From Takakia lepidozioides (taxonomy: Eukaryota > Plantae > Bryophyta), in contig JAKLZA010000177.1 of the NCBI GenBank assembly GCA_030704615.1, positions 1 through 27,000 on the forward strand: a DNA stretch of 27,000 nucleotides, in the 5' to 3' direction. This document shows, in pieces, positions 23,801 to 27,000 of the stretch (the stretch's first letter is position 1; each line of letters opens with the position of its first letter). The notes under the pieces were generated by a model. The model was not told the origin of the DNA. It did not search any database and saw only the letters and a list, made by a program, of their open reading frames with translations. A program made the translations under genes and the position numbers.

Positions 23801-25172
23801 ATCGCAGTTCCACTTGCAAAATGGACTGCTCCGGTATAAGCAAAAACGTCTCTACGTGCCGAAGGGAGGGATCAGAGATAGCCTCTTGAGAGAATGCCAT
23901 GATAGCCCGCTTGCGGGCCACGGCGGAGCCAAGCGCACTGCGGCACTCTTGAAGAAAGAGTATTTCTGGCCCAAACTGAGGGAGGAGGCAGAGGAGTATG
24001 TCAAGACATGCACCACATGCCAACAAAACCGGAGCGAGTACAAAAAGCAAGCGGGGCTGTTACAACCCTTGCCGATTCCAGAGGGGACTTGGGAAAGCGT
24101 CTCGATGGATTTCATGACTGCTATGCCGCTGTCAAAAGGATTCGATGCAATCATGGTGGTGGTGGATAGGTTCAGTAAAATGGGCCATTTCATCCCCACC
24201 AAGGAGACGGCAACGGCGCAGGAGACAGGGCGACTTTACTTCGCCCACGTCTTAAAGCATCATGGAGTCCCGAAGGATATTGTCTCGGACCGCGATCCAA
24301 AGTTTACGAGTAAATTTTGGAGGACACTTTGGAAGAAGATGGGGACGAGGCTGAAGATGAGCACCGCCTTCCGACCTACGACGGACGGCCAAACGGAAAG
24401 AGTGAATTCCGTAGTGAAGCAGATCTTGCGGAATTACGTGTCGGCAGACCAATCAGACTGGGTGGAACACTTAGACGCGGCAGAGTTCTGTTATAATAAC
24501 ACAGAACACTCCGCAACGGGAGTTTCCCCTTTCGTATTGGTCTATGGAAAAGCACCTCTGGTGCCGACAAGTTGGGCCGCCCAGGACGTTGAGGAACCGG
24601 CAGTAGCGGCGGTACTGGAAGAACGCGAGCGTTTGTTGAAGCTCGCAAAGTACAACATTGCCAAAGCTAGGAAACGGTATGAAAGGCAGGCGAATCGGAA
24701 GCGGAGGGAAGTGAAGTTTGAGGCAGGCACAGAGGTCTGGTTGAACATCAAGAATTTCCGACTACCTCCGGAAGTGAGTCCGAAGTTCGTACCTCCGTAT
24801 GCGGGACCCTTTCGCATTCGGAAGGTTATGAATGAGGATGTGTATGAATTGGAGCTGCCGGCAAACAGCAAGGTGCACCCAGTATTCCATGTCTCCCTTT
24901 TGAAGCCTTACTTCAAAGATGAAGCGCGTCCGAATCGGCATCAAGTGTTGCGTCCGCCACCTATGCTGTTGGATCATGAAAATGAACCTGAGTACGAGGT
25001 GGAGGCAATACTTAAGTCGAGGAGGTTCAAGAACCGAGAAACGGAGTATCTCGTCAAATGGAAGGGCTATCATCATGTGGAGGCATCTTGGGTGCGTGCC
25101 TCAGAAATGGGAAACGCATCCGAGGCGGTTGCAGCTTTCGAAGGGCGACCTCAAAAGCGGAAGAAGCGTTGA
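20819..25172 (+). pseudogene. Gag-Pol polyprotein with chromodomain, interrupted by about six frameshifts
   Basis: Gag (WLLELEQYF, YLRGYAQQWW), knuckle CFNCGEPGHMAKKC, protease [20 protein letters not shown], RNase H TDASDFAIGG, integrase HDSPLAGH..CTTC, SMDF, SDRD and DGQTER, GPF motif, chromodomain EYEVEAILKSR..YLVKWKGY..SW. Confidence 0.93.
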
Positions 25173-26064
25173 TGGGGACATCAACCTTGGAGCGTGGGGG
25201 AGGAAATGCATGCTTAGCCCGGCTTAGCTAGCTTAGGAATCCGATTGCAAAAACTTGTATTGTACAAAAATTTGTTATAAAGGAAATGGGTTCCAAATGT
25301 TGTGCGTCCTATTTTGTTTGGAATGGTGATGCATGGTATGGTTGGCTAGTGTGTAGAATGCATGCTAGCTTATAAAAGTGGGAGAGGTAAATTGGGTTAA
25401 TCGTGTGTTTGCGTAGTGCCGAAATCGGGTGACCCCCATCCAAGGGGCAAGGAAACTTGCGCCTTCTTTGGGAGTTCACGTGCTAGTGCGCACCTGGCGC
25501 GTGCGCGTACTATAACTGCGCTACCGAGGGGGTTGCCTTGTAGTGCGGGCTAACGCGGAAGCTACGTGCTTCCGTTCACGTACTATAATCGTGTAGCCTC
25601 GGGACGAAGTCGTAGTGCGGCTTCGGCGTGTTCCCGTACCTCAGGCCAGCATTCCAAGGCGGACCCAATTGTAGTGATTGGGGCGCACGGTTGGTTCAAG
25701 GTTATCTTCCTAGTCAAAGAGGGTTCCAGGTGAACCCTTGCTCAAGGTGATGCCAAAAGCGGCATCATGAGCGATCGCAAGCAATGTTGTTGCAGTAAGG
25801 CGATTCGATCCTCGGGGAGGATCGTTCCTTGGCCTTGAAGTAGGCCAAGAAGAGTGCACTGGGAGGAGCTGGAGAGGCTCCACCCTTGGCCGGGACTTGG
25901 AGGAAGTCGGCCGAACTAGCTAGTGGAGAGTAGAGTCAAGTGTGGGGTTTGGTTCTTTGCCATGGGACGCCATGGTACGGAAACAAACTCCTTGATGTGG
26001 GACGCCACAACTTGGATGTTCGTTTCTACAAAATGGACAAGTCGATGAGGACATCGACTCCCTG

Positions 26065-26078
26065 TTGGTAGGGGTGTG
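26065..26078 (+). other. Putative polypurine tract
   Basis: G-rich TTGGTAGGGGTGTG directly before the 3' LTR; imperfect. Confidence 0.5.
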
Positions 26079-26801
26079 TGTCGCGGCCCTTTGCCTTGAG
26101 GGCAGGGGGTCGGGACACATGAGGGGCTGCCCCTGTGGTGGGGGCAGCGGCAGCGATAGGTATGGGGGGCTGAAGCACCCTTGAGTGCCCAAGGCACTCA
26201 AGGAGGCGGAGGCGCTCACTAGGTGGAGCCCCGCACACCGGGTTGCGGTGGGGGTGGCTCCACAAGGGGTGGTGGTAGCTTAGCGGGACTTAGTGGGGGT
26301 GGCATAGGACTCACCATGGGGGCGGAGACCTCGTGGTGGGAGTCGTGGGGAGTCTTGGGACTCATCACGGTCCATAGGGGCCGTGGTGAGTGGGCCAAGA
26401 CTCACCGCGACTCATCACCGGGAGTCGAGGGTTTTCGTGGTGGTTCGCCATAAAATGGCATGGCTGGTTGTGAAACCCCCGCGGACAGCTACAGAAGTAT
26501 ATATAGGGAGTAGTAACCCGAGAACGGTGCAAGCCCGTTGGTGACCAAAAACTAGTGAGTAAGCGAGCGAGCCGGAAAGCGACCAAAGAGTGGGGAGCTG
26601 TTCCGGACTGCCATCTACCAAAGGGAATTCCCTAGTCCCAAATAGGTGGAGGGTTTAGTGGGAAGCGAAGGGGGACCGTTATGTCCCGGTGAGCAGCCGA
26701 AGCTCCAAGTTGGCCCGGCGGCCAGGTTGGGAGTCAGGCGCGCGCATCAAAGCGAGTAACTATGACTTGAAGGGGAGCTTACCGAAGTGAGGTGCGCGAC
26801 A
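26079..26801 (+). repeat. 3' LTR (723 bp, complete)
   Basis: TG..CA ends with a 7-bp terminal inverted repeat TGTCGCG/CGCGACA. Confidence 0.95.
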
Positions 26802-27000
26802 CAATATGACACAACATGATGTGGTTTCATGGAGGACCATGATTGCAGCATATGCTCCGCATAAGTATGGCAGGGAGGCTGTTGAGATGTATGAACAAAT
26901 GCAAAATAAAGGGTCTAACGCCCAACAAAACGTATCACCTTTATATGTGTTCTGTCGGCCTGCAGCCACACTGACCTACTGAATGAAAGAAGATGCTATT
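26802..27000 (+). pseudogene. PLS-class pentatricopeptide repeat (PPR) gene fragment
   Basis: NMTQHDVVSWRTMIAAYAPHKYGREAVEMYEQMQNKG..PN..ITFICVLSACSHTDLLNE, with small frameshifts. Confidence 0.88.

Larger units (their letters stand above)
19893..26801 (+). mobile_element. Ty3/gypsy chromovirus LTR retrotransposon
   Basis: Two near-identical LTRs; termini TGTCGCG..CGCGACA; domain order gag-PR-RT-RH-IN-chromo. Confidence 0.95.

Noticed and set aside
25173-26078. Hammerhead ribozyme or extra env-like ORF in the 3' region
   Set aside because: No CTGATGA..GAAA core was seen and there is no long ORF.

Overview
Eukaryotic, transposon-dense DNA, most likely from a non-seed land plant (inferred from GT-AG introns, a PLS-type PPR fragment, a chromovirus and CACTA/MULE elements). 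Left to right: (1) a frameshifted Mutator-like (MULE) transposase with a SWIM finger (~158-3570, +). (2) A CACTA/EnSpm-type region with two head-to-head genes. The minus-strand gene (~10167-4582) is a multi-exon TnpA/ORF2-like gene carrying an in-frame FCP1/NIF-type HAD phosphatase-like domain, with a LINE RT fragment in an intron. The plus-strand gene (~11929-15929) is a TnpD transposase, followed by two intron-containing RPL27 fragments and a possible terminus at 18257. (3) A degenerate gene encoding a ParB/Srx-like (DGNHR) domain, whose intron holds an array of ~30-bp palindromes at ~80-bp spacing. (4) A Ty3/gypsy chromovirus (19893-26801) that cuts the ParB-like exon on the left but runs into a PPR gene on the right, has no TSD and lacks its PBS. 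Many single-base frameshifts may be sequencing errors. All domain calls come from motif recognition by eye, not database searches.
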